NCBI GenBank assembly: GCA_043228905.1
Contig: JBHGNT010000001.1
Span: 8,370,001-8,434,000 of the forward strand
DNA length: 64,000 nt
Direction of reading: 5' to 3'
Origin: Azolla caroliniana
Lineage: Eukaryota; Plantae; Polypodiophyta
How positions within the stretch are numbered: position 1 is the first letter of the stretch; every line of letters starts with the position of its first letter. A program made the translations under genes and the position numbers. The notes beneath the pieces were generated by a model. It had not been told where the DNA came from and ran no database searches. It was given only the letters and a program-made list of their open reading frames with translations. Positions 22,025-36,441 of this stretch are shown piece by piece.

Positions 22025-24854
22025 TCAGAAACAATTAGGTTGTGAGGGAGGATTTGTTTTTTTCTATAGCCGAAGGCTTTTCATCAGTATATGGAAGGGG
22101 TGTACCAAACACACACACACAATATATATATGTGTGAGGGAGAAGAAGAATATGCTGCTCTTGCAGCTGCCATTAAATATGTTGAGAGGAATCAATCCAT
22201 CCACTTCTGAGTTTTACATTTGGGAAGTAATTTAGCAATGATATAACATATATTGCCAGAATAAGCTCCTGCTATTCGTTGTAAAATGGGAGTAGTTAGA
22301 ATATTATCCAGTATTTTTCTTTGCAACTGTATTGTCTCATTTTTATCCACCGGGATCTCAAAATCGTCACCATTGTGGTGGCATATAACTAGGGGAAACG
22401 CATGACCCTGAATTTGAAATAGAAGGCGTTGTACGTGGAGCCATAAAATGTTCTAAAAGCTAGCATTTTGGAAGGCATGTTCCAATATTATCATAATGAT
22501 TCTCATGTGATTAGGAGAGATCAAATTGTCAAACTTTGGAATTAAAGAACATTAGAGAGACTCGTCTCTATTTGAGGATAGACTAATTGAATGGAAGGTG
22601 ACACACATGAAGCCATACATTCATGTGAAAATGAAAGCATTTCAAGATACATGCTCCAACATATGGTGCTTGAGTGATTAGGAGAAATCAAATTATAGCA
22701 CGATCAAATAAGAGAACATAAATAGAGAGAATCATCTCTATTTGAGGATAGACTAGGTATGCATACTTTTGATCTTTGTTGATGGGCAATTTTAGCACCA
22801 ATAGGAAGGGACACACATCAAAGAGGTGCTGTCAAGTTAAAGGTGACTCACTCCTAAACGTGAATATGATGATCTATGAAGCTAATTCAAGACCTTCTAA
22901 ACAGACCATAATGATACATATCATGTGGATATGGAGAACGTGGGTACCTCATGACATATCATTAATGAAAAGCATTAGGGAAACTTCGCTCAACAATTAG
23001 TTACATAAAGGTCACGGTATTTAGGGTTGAGTCTCCTAACATGCATTGGTTGCAAGAACATACATTCTAAATAATTATTAAGGTTGTTAAATAAGACTAG
23101 ATTACAAAATACGTTTGCGTTCATAAAACAACAATATGCAATTAATTGAACAAAAAAAGAACGTTCTCAATCATGTTGATGATGACATGCACTTGGGTAG
23201 TACAACAAACAAAATAACTAACATGGCTAAATGTTGTAGTAACTCTACAGAGAGGACATAGATGATAGTAATGGTGTGGAAAACTAAGCAATAGATTGGC
23301 AAAGGTTCCACATTTCACAATCTTTTGTAGACAAACTCTTGACATCAACATGTACATCGACTTCTAGCAAGAGAGGAGTCCCATCGACCCCTTTTTGCAT
23401 TAAGAAAGTATGTTGTTCTTTGGAAGACTTTGCACATATCTTGACTTTTCTCTACTTTATCTATCTATGGGGTCGGCCAAAGATCAATATAAAAACGACA
23501 ATGATAATAATAATGGACATCTATCTCCCTTGGTGGGGCTTATCTATTTGAAATTGGTGGTAAGACTTTTGCACATTAGACCTTGACTTTTGTTGAACGG
23601 CCTCCCACTTGTGAGTTGCTCATCACCAACATGAACAATGTATTTGCCGACACCACTACTCCTATTTCATGATGGTCACCACTAGGTATCCATCAGCTTA
23701 TAGATCAAAGAACGACCACATGCATAGGATGATGCAATTAGATATAGAGGTGTGATGTTTGCTTGTGATGTGAAGATCATAAGACAATAAGACGCTAATG
23801 GCATGTCAATTAGCCACTAAAGACTATTTCTTAGTAGTTAATTGCCCCCTCCCTAAGCCATAGGCCTTAACACTTCCTTCGATGAGCCCATAGCCCATAA
23901 GACACTAATGTAGATTGAATGATCAATGGCACAACTTCCTTCAAATGATGTGCACGCCAAGTTCAAATTTCTTATTTGGCACGTCACTCCATCAAAGTGG
24001 GCAATTTCAAACATCTTAGTTTTGGTGTCAAGAATTTTCAAAATTGCCATTCCCCAAATAATGTGGTGGAAAATAATGTAATCAGTTTTTACTACATCAT
24101 CGTCAATTTTGACTTGGAGATGATCACCCGCATTTCATGTACTTTTGTCTCCCCCCCTCTCCCCTCAACGGGGAAGGGGGATTCACGTTTCTTCTATTTT
24201 GCTTTTGATTATTTGATCATTTTCTCAACTCTTCATTAGCCTCCATCTTGGCATCTTCTATTGCTCTATCAACTCTTATCTAGAAGCATTAATACTCCTT
24301 TTACATGCCATGCTTTGTTTCAGGATCATACTTTCTACAAAAGGTTGGGAGATCCTCATCATTAATTGTGGGTTTGTCATCTTTCGTTGATGCACAAAAA
24401 CTTGGGGCAACTCTTTCCTCTTGGCTTTTAAATACAAAGATGCCTCCAGCTAGATCTCGAAGAGTTTCTTTTCTTTCCCTCTAATAATGCCCATGCATTT
24501 TGGCTATTTCCACACAAGCCACTATTGCTCAGACTCGTATGTAAGGTGGCATTGAGCCATTCACATTGTTATGGCCGATCGCTCATTTACGTTTTTTGTT
24601 CTCAAATCGATGATATCTGCTATTTGAGCACATACATACACACACATACAAACATATAGACATACACATACATACATACATACATACATACATCAAAGGG
24701 TATTTCGGGAAATAAAGAAAATTCAAGGGCGGGTAGGCAGGCATGGAGCAGGGCATGTACAGAGAGAGAGAGAGAGAGAGAGAGCTCGATTGCGGGAGCT
24801 GCCCTGCCACTGCCAGACTGAGACCAATGAAGAGCCCCCTTCCTCTCTGATTCT

Positions 24855-25255
24855 ATGGATGATGATGTTCAGATGGGCAAATCCTCTGACGAAGTCCTGC
24901 TAACTCCTCCTCCTCCACCGAGGAAGAAGAGGAGGAAGAGAAGGTGTGCTCTCGTTGAGCGAGCTCATTCGCCAGAACAACTGCAAACTCCATTTTGCTT
25001 TCAGCCTACCTGCCTTCGTGCTGCCGTATGTGTCTACTCCAGGATACGAACAAAGAAGAGCCCCGTCCCTCTCTCTCCTTCAATGGCGCAGAGGTACTCA
25101 CCAAACCTTCACTTCCATCCATTTTTAAACCCTGATTCTCATTCATTCTTCATCAGTTTCAGTTATTCTTATTGTTTCTCTCCCTTCATGCAGATGCATC
25201 CTCGGTCATATGCGTTTCGTTTTGGAGGTAGACTTATATATAAAGAGAGAGAGAG

Positions 25256-25294
<39 letters not shown>

Positions 25295-28200
25295 GCGCGT
25301 GTTTGTTCAATGATCTCTATTTTGCCATAACGTTAATTGCTTAGTATTTCTTACACACACCTATGCCATTTCTGTGTTTTTTTTCCACATATTCATATGA
25401 TCTGGCATGGATCTTTGTGTGAGAGTGTTGAATTTCTTCGTTGGTGTCAGCAATTTGTATTGATAACCAGTGTTTTAACTGATTAACTCTTCCACTTATT
25501 TGGGCGTGTTTCTGAAATGCACTTAAAATGAAATTGCACATGTTTTGAAAAATACAGAAGGATGGTGAATATTTGCAAGGCCGGACTATGCTCTCAGCCT
25601 TGTCAAAGGTAAATAATGTAAACAAGAAATTTTTTTGCCCATTGATTTTATATCTTTATTTGATAGAATATGCCTGTGCTGAAATCTATAAGATACTTGG
25701 TGACCAGATTCAAAGAGAGTTGGACACATCAGCTTTTGTGAGTACTTTTCTTTTCTTTGTCTATCATTTAAATGACAATATTGATATGACCCGATTGTGC
25801 ACGTTTACTGTTCTTTCTTTAGGTTTTTTTTTCTCAATCTCCTATAAAAGAGAGAGCTTGGAATTTTGTGTGAGAGAGTATTAATGTCCACAAAGACCGA
25901 ATATCATCTATTGGACAGGGCCGAGTCCATGATGAATAAGGAAGTTGGATTCTCTCAATTTTATGACTTCAGTGCAAAGGTTTAAACCAATCTAACAGCC
26001 AGAGAGAAAGATTTAACGTGTCTAAAAGTTCAAAATAAATTATGAAACCAGCCAATACACGATTATAAGCGAGAGTATCTGGAACGAAATAAAATGCTTA
26101 AGCCATCTAAACATTTGAAGTATCTCACTGAAATTTCTGCATTGATGTTACAAGAGTCACGGTCATTGGAAGGGCAATGTGTATTAATCACCAGTTTTTG
26201 TCATTTTCTTTTGATTCACCTTCTTCTGTAGGTCGATAAACCCTTACATGCTATAGCATGTGCCTGAGCGTTTCTTTCTGCTTCTTCCAAAGTTGCTGTC
26301 ATCATTTCCTTTTCAAATATAAGCTTAATGAAGCAATAAATCCTAGAGTTAACGGACAAATATTTCCTTTCAAAATAAAGAAACAAATAATGTTAAGGAA
26401 GAGGGGAACCGATTCATATGTGATTGATAGCAATGGTGAATGCTGATATTTGTTTTGTTACCTTTAAGGAAATTGATTCATTGAAGTTTTATGTTATTTT
26501 TCTTATATGATTCATTTCCTTATAATTCTTCTCCACATCAGTTACAATCTGAACACGTACATAACAAGTCTGAAGTTGAAGATGATGATTGTTCACTTGG
26601 CAAAGTTGAAGCAAGGCCATGTATGAACGATATTAAGGGACTCTCTTCTCTTCTGGTATTGAATGGCCATTTTCACTCATGCAATCCTTTTAAAGAAAAT
26701 TGATCATTTTCTTCTGTTTAGCTCTACTGCTTTTATGGATCTACAGGTTTTCCTTCTTGGGTCCTCCAACCGCTTCACTTGTCATTCAGCTGCAAAAACG
26801 TTGCTGATCCTGCTTCGATATTTAGATGAAGTGGTTGGGGTTTTACTATGTTTTTGCAGTGGTAAATTAGATTTAAAAAGTTTTCAAATAATTAGAGCTT
26901 CAACATTATCTAAAGTACGATAAACTGTATTATTGCTGCAGCCTCTTTTCTGGATATCTGCCATCCAAGAAATATGGAATTCTTTGAGGGCGTGGTTTTG
27001 TGATGATGAAAATGCTTTTGGGGGAAAGCTATCAGAAAAAAGAGGCTCTAGTGAACTTAAACACCCAACACAACAAAAAAACTGGAATTTTATCACATGT
27101 GTATTACAACTGCTACATGACATATTTAGAAACTGTAAGTGTGATGGGGGATCAAAACTGATAACTTTCCTTACCACATTCGAGATCTGTATCCGGGAAT
27201 TTGTGGTGAATTTTAGCAGATACTTCCTTAAAAGAAATAGGAAGGTCAGAGATAAAGAAGGAGACTTGGCGTTAGCGGCTTTGTTGCGCTTTTTGTGCTC
27301 AATCACCCATGCCATGGGTATACATTCTGATTTGATCAAGTCAAAAATTCGAGATGGGATATTGGAACCCATAAAGGAGTTTGCCACTGCCATTTCAAAA
27401 CATTGTCTTGATGTCTACAAGAGTTCCCTTTCCTGTTACTTGCAGCACAAGTTTCTGGTAATTAAACTCTTCTTTTTTGACGTAAAGGAAGTATTATCAT
27501 GTAAAAGATGCTTGTTGTCTGATATGCTGATATTCTTTATGTGATGTACTCAATCAATACAAGCACTTGGGATTTAATTGCCTTGTGATCTTGTAATCTG
27601 GATGGTTTTTCTCCAAGTAGGTTGTTTTTCTCCAATTTAACTTGAAGAAATCTAAGCATATATAGGGGAAGTCATTACATGTTATTATGCTGGAATTTGT
27701 TGTATATGAGATATGTTTAAAGATATCAGTCTCCCTAAGCTCAGCTCCCATAAGACAAACTTGTTGCAAATGCCCATACAGGAGCGTTAGCTCTTCGATC
27801 TTAAAAATAAATGTATATTGTTTTCTGAGCTATGCTTTTTTTCCTTTATTATGATTAAGAATTTAGCTCGTGGTTATGAGAGTAGAGGAGCCATACAAAA
27901 GATAATAGAGAGATACCAAACATATAAGTTGACAAAATACTTTGTATGTGTGCATGTGTATCCAATTGTTTTTCCTTCTTGGGAATGTACACGTAAATCA
28001 TGCAAATCAGATTGCCTCATGAACCATTGTTTCATAATTTCAGATGCTGCTCTTTAGACTGTGTGAATGGCTCAAAGAAAATCCTTCTCTGGGAAGAGTA
28101 TGCATAAACATTTTGGAACCACATCTTGATGTGCTATGTGGATCATTGTTTTTGAGAAAACCACAAACTACAGACTCTCTAAAGAGGTCCCCATTTGCAA

Positions 28201-29735
28201 AGTGCATGATTGATGGGGAGAAAACAGAGGGCACGACTTCTTCATCCAGCCACCCTGGAAAGTATGCAGTTTTTCTCATTTTTAAGGTGGTGGTGTCTTT
28301 GAAAATAGCTTCAGGTACTGATGATTTGGGAATTGAAGCAAATACTGGGCATCCCGTTGATTGGTGGGAACAATGGCTTGTCTGCTGGCTAGCATCACAG
28401 ACAGATTTAATCGGTGATGTATTGAATGCTGATCTTTTTGAGGTGGCCGATTCATTTGCCTTCTCATTCTTAGAGATCTTTGTTGATGAGGTGAGAGTAT
28501 TTTCCTGGATTCATAATCCTTCACTATTTTTGTTGCATGAGGTGAGGCTACTTTATCAGAATGTGGATTAATTACAATCAGTGCTAAAGACATCTCGAAG
28601 CTATACTTTTTTTTCTCTATATTCTGTGATAATCATCAATTTTAATGCTCAAGACACAGTGAAGTAATGAGACAGTTGTCCACGGCACACTATCAGTGAT
28701 TAATGACTCTATGGAGAACCATTTTAAGAATGGGAATCGTCATTCCAGGACACATTGTTGCTGAATGTGCTTCTGCTTTTACTGGATATAGATGCACTAC
28801 AAATTTTACAAAGGTGAGCCCAATCTGAGATAACCAATAAATTTTAAGAATTAATATTTAGGAGCAATTAATGGTATCAACAGACATTATTGGGACCTCT
28901 TGTTTTCACAGAGGAATTTCTGTTGGTGATGAGCCCTTACAAGATTCACGGAAGTTGGTTGTTGAAATTCTCAAGCCAGCTCGTGTGTTTGCTGTATTCA
29001 TATCCCTGGTAATGCATCTGGTTTAGAATGTCTGGAATGCACAAACTGTAATTTCTATTTAATTATCCTTGTTTTCCTTGTTTCTGGTAATGCTTACTGA
29101 ATAAGGGTTGCAGATCCACTATGACCACTCAGTTATTCTTGATTTCCTTATTTCGAATAATACCAGTGTTTGCTGCCTCCAGTATCTCCTAAGGTATATC
29201 TAGTCGTATTGGTCTCTAGAGAATGTTCCATCACTCTTACACAAAAGTAATGGAAGCTCTCTAGACTAGCAAATGACATTATATGGAGCTGTTATAGATA
29301 TGTTTGAATATATATTTCTGTTATGATCAAATAGGTCTGTTCGGATCGTGAATAATACATGGCCAGAACTGGTGGCTTTGTCACATACATGTTTTATGAG
29401 AAATGGTAACGTGTCTTTTATTGAAAATACATAATAAGATCGTAGGATGCAATAACTGTGTATGTTTCTAACGTTGTCTATTTACAGATGGTGCCCGTTA
29501 TAGTGTAGATGTTGAGGAAGTTGCCAATTGTGTAATGGCTCTAAAGCATACGATTGAGGGGCTGAATTCCAAGAATGCCTTCCCATACAATCCATCACCA
29601 CTTCTGAAGCGGTATGGATTTGATGCACCGTGTTAATGTTCTGCCAGAGTTGTCTCAGAGAGGTTAAATTGATGCAAATCTTGCAGATTGAACTCATTTG
29701 AACAGCTGTGGCTCCAAAGCAAGACAAATCACTGA
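24855..29735 (+). CDS. Lines-homolog (LINES_C domain) protein, multi-exon; internal exon boundaries partly uncertain
   Basis: FLEIFVDE|DTLLLNVLLLLL, HYDHSVILDFLISN..CLQYLLR (29114-29193) and VANCVMALKHTIEGLNSKNAFPYNPSPLLKR (29489-29611). The last exon ends SKTNH*. A basic NLS-like KKRRKRR lies near the N-terminus. Confidence 0.75.
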
Positions 29736-32053
29736 CAAGCAAATTGGCAACTTCAATCTGTGTGAAAGGTCTGTGAGACATTCACAGAGATTCCTCGGCT
29801 CTCCCTTCAGGCAGGTTCTGACATTGAGAAAATCTTCTATAAAGATGGTCGCTTATTACATTGATAAGAATATGCAAGTTTTAAGGCTATATCTTTTCTA
29901 ATTTAAGATATCAATTTTAGAAATTCTTCTCCAAAAATGGTTATTATTACATTGATATGAATATGCAAGCTATAAGTTATATCTTTCCTAACATAGGGTT
30001 GAAATAAACTTATCGATGTTTATGCAGCTCAACAAGTAAAGAGTCAAATATTAGGTGCTTGCACTGTGGAGATCTTTGTACAGTCTAATGGCATTACGTG
30101 CATGTCCATTGGGCGAGAATTACATGAGAGTATTGTGGTGATCATGTATGATTTATTGAGATATTGAGTCAGTTGAGGACTTATCCAATCATGCTGCCAA
30201 AAGTTTAGTTGGATTCATGATTTGTACTTCAAAGGACAAATTATGATGTCCTTAAAAGTGTAAAGAGTTCTGAACTACGATGTTAAAAGAGTATTTTCAA
30301 GGATGACATAAAAATTCGGAACTGCTTCACGCCCACAGCCTGAAATTTTCTTTTCTTAATTGAATTGATTCATGAATTATGATATGAACCTTCTCTTCAG
30401 GAAGGCCGTACAATTTGGTGCACAAAAGTTACGCACAATTATACCGTTATTTATATGTACCACCGTGTGCCCTTTTTGAAAGTTCCTTGCGTCTTCCTTG
30501 AATGATGTTCTGGTTTAGCTTGTATTTAGCTACGCAAAGAAATTTGTTATTTTCGATGACTCCATTGACTCTGACGATAGGGCAATATGTATGTACAAAT
30601 CTAAGTTGTGACATGAAAATTCCAACAAGTGTATAGCCTTGGTTGTAAAATATGGTTATTCGTGTATGAATGATTCTTCACACTTATATGATGAAACAAT
30701 AAATTGATTCAAGTGAAAGAACGTCAAATTTTTATTGCACGCACAAGCAATGGGGGTGTGTGGGGAACATCAATGTAGAAATCACATTTGATGCATTATT
30801 TTGCTAGCTTAGTTAAGGAGGGTTGTTAATTACACATTTTGCAATTAGATTAGAATGCTTACCTAAGTTGCTTCTTGTTTATGCAACCTTAGTAGATTGA
30901 ACTAATCACTGATATCTCAATAAAATATTTCAATAGGATGCATTCAATTGCTAACTACTAGCAGTTATTATTGATTAAGTGATAAAAAAGGAAAATCTTT
31001 AATATCATAGTAAAGTCAGCCATCTAGCTATTCTTATCAAAGTGTAGGAGAAAAGGAGATAAAACCATTAGTGGCTAAGATTACTTACCTAAGAAAATTC
31101 GGGAAATACACCAAGGGTATAGATGATATCATGACAATATTTATTACCCATATGGTTTGTTGCAACTTGCAGGTTGCAACTTGCCATACCACTTTCCATT
31201 ATCTATACATCGCCCACGATATTTGAGCAAGCAAAAACTAGCTTCCTTTTTCTCACACAATATTTACCACAGAAAAGTATCTACAAGATCACACTGCATT
31301 ATTGCACTTGCGCGAACAAGTAGCGACTAGCTTTATTCCGAGCAATGCATTCCCTCCCTGAAAACATAATTTTTTTACGAATGGAAGCCCTCGATCAAGC
31401 TCATTCAACGGGGGGCCCGATAACTATCACGTTGAGTTCTGCGTCTCGGCACAGAGGTTTTAAGAGGTGAAAGAGAGGTTTTAATTGATAATAAGGGAAG
31501 TGTGGGGCAGGGGAGGGTGGGTCTCAGTCTGTCTGTCAGTCTGTCAGTGTCTGTCTAGTCAGCCAAAATCCGAATGAAGTGAATGAACGAATGCATGAAT
31601 GGATAAGGCAGATGCCAGAGACAGAGGCAGGAAAATGGGAAGACATCAAAAAGAGGAAAGATATATAATAGTTTCTTTGCAGTCCTCCTCCTCCTCCTCC
31701 TCCTCCTTTATTGAGCATCCAATCCAATCCAATCCAATCCAATCCAATCCATACATACATATATAAATCCAAAGTCTTCGTTTTGATGCACACAGAGCAG
31801 TCTCAGACACCCTTCATCTGATACAAATCTCGTTGTTCAGAGAACGATCCGTTTGGGGGAAGGAAAGTAAAGTAAGGATTCGTTGGGTTCTTCTCCTCCT
31901 CCTGTTTTTTTTTTTCTTTATTCTCTTTCCTTCTTCTTCTTTTTTTTGCACAGTTCATCATCATTTTCCATCTAATCTTCTAATTTGTCTCCCCAACTCT
32001 TCTCCTTCTTCCCATCTGCAGCAGCAGGAAAATTCAAGAAGGATCGAACAAAG

Positions 32054-34134
32054 ATGCTAGGATTTGCGAGATCACTTTCTGTGAAAGCAAAGGCTATCTC
32101 TGCCTCATCTGGTGTTGGCCGCACTCTTCTCCCTTCGTTGTCTTCTTCTGTTAATCTTCCTCTTCAGCACAGGAGATGGGAATCGACTAAGTCTGAGAAG
32201 CTGGTTTTTGAAGAGAATGGATTCGAGAGTACCACCATTGCTGACATTCTGAAAGCAAAAGGAGAAAAAGCAGATGGATCTTGGCTTTTCTGTAAAACAG
32301 ATGACACCGTCTACGATGCTGTTAAACATGTAAGCTTAGATCCTAATTTCTATGGTTTTCCCATGGCTAAAGTCTGTCTTTTCTTTGTTTTCCATCTTAA
32401 TTCTTGCATCATTTGCTGAATCCAGCAGCAAAGCTATGATCAGATATCAGTGGAAATAACTTTCATTATGCACAACTAATGGAATCCATCCACAAGTTCA
32501 CGTATAAAGATTTGTGAAATTGATTTCATTTGGTTTTACACATTTAAGTGGTACTAATTTCCTTCAAGAATTTATCTGACCGGTTTTGAATCAGTAGTTG
32601 GGTTTTCATTTCCAGTTATGCACGTTAAGTGATCTTATGGTTTTGCCTCCATTCTTTGTTTTTTTTTTTAAACTGCACACTAGTTGAATCCATGGAAAAC
32701 GTTATGCAAAGAGCAGTAAATTGGCTTTCATTTATTTTCTTTCATGAAGAATGCAATCACTTTCAAATATTTAATTATTTTGATATGGAAACACTAGCCA
32801 TAATTCAGTTTAAATGATTTCTTCTGACTCATCTTTGTGTTTATCTTCATTCTTTGTTTGTTTGTTTGAATCCATGGAATCATTTACACGAAGATCTGTG
32901 GAATCTCTGTGATTGGATCTCATTCATTAGGCAGTTTGAATCACCTTCTAGATTTGGATGATTTTGATAATGAAATTATTTTATTATGTGTTTCATTTGC
33001 AATTGCTTATTTTTTTAGTGCGCTATCTTCAAATTGAATCAAGGGTTCCTTGGTTTATAAAGTGCAATGATTGTCTTTGCTCTAGGTTGCAAAATAGATG
33101 TTTTGTGAAATCATTGGACGTTTAAGCTGTAGATGTGTTTCATTTGCAAATGTTTACTTTATTTGATCTATCTTCAAGACTGAAGCTGGACTTGCTTGCC
33201 AAGTTAAAACATTATGCTTTCATGGTTTATGTGTTTCGAAGTTCAAACGTGTAATGTGCTCGTCTGTGCTTGAGGATAAAGGAATATGTGTATCAAATGA
33301 TTTTCAGATGACGCAACATAATGTAGGGGCTCTTTTGGTTGTAAAGCCATCAGAGAAGGACTCCATTGCTGGAATTGTTACCGAAAGAGGTAAGATTGCT
33401 GTTTTTGGCTGTGTATCCTATCCTAAATGGATAGAGCTTATGCATCTGTTATGTATTTCTTACTATATTCATTTTTGCCGGTGATATTATTCATTGTTGA
33501 TGGTGAGATAGATTATTTGCGGAAGATGATTGTGCAAGGAAGATCGTCCAAAACCACCAAAGTTGGGGATATCATGACAGAAGAGGTATATCAGCTACTG
33601 GGAACTAAAAGATAACTTATCATAGGTCTAATCCTGGATTTTCATTACTTTGGAATCGTGACTTCTATCTACAGAACAAACTTATCACCGTGACCCCTGA
33701 GACTAGAGTTCTTCAAGCGATGCAGATTATGACAGGTATACACATTATTTGGCAAATGAATTTGTTTTATGATTGCGGCCTCCATTTTTGAAGTTATTAA
33801 ATTGTAAATGTTTCTTCAATCCTCAATATGAAAACAACACAAGAATACAACTGTTTTTTTCATGTAATGAATACATTATTTCTTCTTACTCAATGTAGAC
33901 CTTTTGCAGTATATCTTTCTTTCTTGTCATGTTCTACATTTATACCTTTTTCTAATTTTCTTTGTTGTCATTTATGTGTCTTTTGTAACAGAAAAAAGAA
34001 TCAGGCACATACCTGTAGTGGAAGGGAAGAAGATGAAGGGTATGGTTTCAATTGGAGATATTGTTCGAGCTGTTGTGGACGAGCACCGCGAGGAAGTGAA
34101 ACGCCTCAGTAATTATATACAGGGTGGTTACTGA
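32054..34134 (+). CDS. CBSX3: CBS-domain protein CBSX3-like (mitochondrial), exons 32054-32329, 33308-33389, 33512-33585, 33675-33735, 33992-34134
   Basis: Presequence-like N-terminus, FEENGFESTTIADILKAKG..ADGSWL, MTQHNVGALLVVKP, DYLRKMIVQGRSSKTTKVGDIMTEE and RIRHIPV..SIGDIVRAVV..IQGGY*. Confidence 0.93.
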
Positions 34135-36129
34135 ATACAGAAAAGAAACAAGGTTATTTAAACCCACCACAATTAATAATAAAAGGCACCTGGTATATAT
34201 TGTGCATCATGATCACCTGGGTCTAGAGCAAAGGAAAAATCAGGGAGGGAGTCCATCCCATCAGCATTTCAAGTTCCTCTTTTGAATTTTAGCCCAATTT
34301 ACTCTGAATGATTAATAAGCTGCCACAGACTTGTGGAACTCTCTTGTAAATATCTAACTTCCCTCTATAGTAGGTTGTGATTATAAATTATATACAAGCC
34401 AAACATGGGTTTCTTGTGGTGAAGTGAGTATAGACATATATCTTGATACATGTTGAGGTGAATTGCTTCGGCATTTTGCAACTTCACACATGACATAGCC
34501 AGTCATCTGTATTATCACCCGCATCTCTTTGGCCTGCATTTCTTTTCTTACGTATGAACCTGTAGTTGTTTTTCTTGCTTCTTTGTGTTTGCTTACAATT
34601 TTGTTCAAATGTTTTATATCAATCATGTATATATTTTGAAACTTTTGAGACAGCATCGGTCAATATGATTCATCAATACGATATGCAAATTACTTTTATT
34701 GCAAATCAATTTTGCTTTTATTGGGGTTTCCAGATCCCAATATGAAGTGCAATACCAATGAATGCATGCATTAAAGGACAAAACAGATTGAAAGTAAACC
34801 CGTAGTCAGCTACCAGATTCTAGATATTAATTCATGTAAATGTCATCATGATGTAAACCCTGCGTTCCTCATTTTCCAGACATTGCTTGCAGATAAATAT
34901 TTTTACTTCGGTTCAATTGTTCTTCACTGCACCATTGGAGAACCATCCCAATTGTGCAAATTACCTAAATGGCATCAGGTTATTGAACTGCAGATCTGAT
35001 TCATGATGGAGGAAATGTGATTAGCACTCAGAGTAGGGGTCATTGTTGCTTCCTTCACGATCAGTTAGAGATGGATGTAGTTAGCGGCCATTGTTGGTGA
35101 TCTTAAAAATTTTACAGGGGTTTTTGAATTAGAACTTACCTGAAGCTATTCCTGACCTCGCACATTCATGCGTTATCTCATTCTTTGAAGAAAAAAATAA
35201 TCGAGACTACGTATGAGAGGGCTAGATGCTGTGAGATAACATGCATTTGAATGACCATAACAATTAATCGATAAGGCCATAGATGTAGACTTTGTTCTTG
35301 GATGATAGATATAGGCCTATTTATTGCACCCTCATCCTCACTTGGATGGTCCTCAAATCCACAAGTTTTAACCTAAAATTGTTGCTTGAGATGACAATGT
35401 CACCTTTGTGTTCAGGTTCATTGAACAATGAAACAAGAAGAGCACTAAAGCATGTGGCCAAGAATTAGGGATTTGGGGTAGAATGGAGAGCATGTTGAGT
35501 GCATGACCATTCTCTGGATCCCTCTTGAGCAATATAGTGAACATGACAAACACTAAGACAATTCAGTCACATACCTTCAAGGGTTTACCTTTCCATAAGA
35601 TCATCACTACTATATTGCGATCAACAAGGTTTGTCGTATTGTCATGTTGCTTGAATATATGCCTTGTTTTATGAAAATGAAGGAAAGGCGAATATATTGT
35701 TCACATCCATGCAAAACGGAACACGATCCATCGAACAAGGTGACACCCATAGGATGATCAAGCTTGAAAGAGAAACAAGGAGAACTTCCCTGGTTTTTTC
35801 GGTGTTTCATCATGTTGGCTAAATTCTCATCCTTCATCCGCCGTGGGTTCTTCGTTGAGGGTTAGGCACCAATACATCCTTCATCCATACAATTCATCGT
35901 TTTATCGTACATCATGCCATGCAAATCTATGTAGCATGTAATTTTGTGGAAAGCTCACAAGAAGTTTGAAGGGGAGAAAGAGCCAAAACTTGTGGTCATG
36001 ACAAATGCGATGACCACCCCGAGGTGTGAAAAGCAGTGGGTCAGGGATGGTCAAAATCCATGGACAAACTCTTGGATGGTTAAGAAAACCAAACACGAGG
36101 GCAGGGATGAGCGCCCAAAAGCTGATGAA

Positions 36130-36220
36130 GGGGCACGTGCACGGGCATGGTCACGGTCACGGTCACGGTCACGGTCATGGACACGGACACAGACACGGGC
36201 ACGGGCATGGGCATGGACAA
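36130..36220. repeat. Hexamer repeat (GGNCAY)n
   Basis: GGGCAC/GGTCAC/GGACAC/GGGCAT units, ~14 copies, ~220 bp upstream of the 36442 ATG. Confidence 0.85.
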
Positions 36221-36441
36221 ATAAGGTGTGTGTCTTAGGTGGTGGGCATAAAAGTACAGAAATGGTCACTCACTACTCTGTCAAGCAGGACATTTTGGAT
36301 AGACTGATCGATAGATCATTCGTTGAAGGCTCTGTATACATTATATACATTCAGTTATACATACATACATATATCATATATGTATACAGTATATATATAT
36401 ATATATATACGCATCGCTCAGATTGCCTGAAGCTCGCTTCC

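Noticed and set aside
23080-24550. Possible gene or TE protein on the minus strand
   Set aside because: Only short ORFs with no motif I can recognise with confidence.
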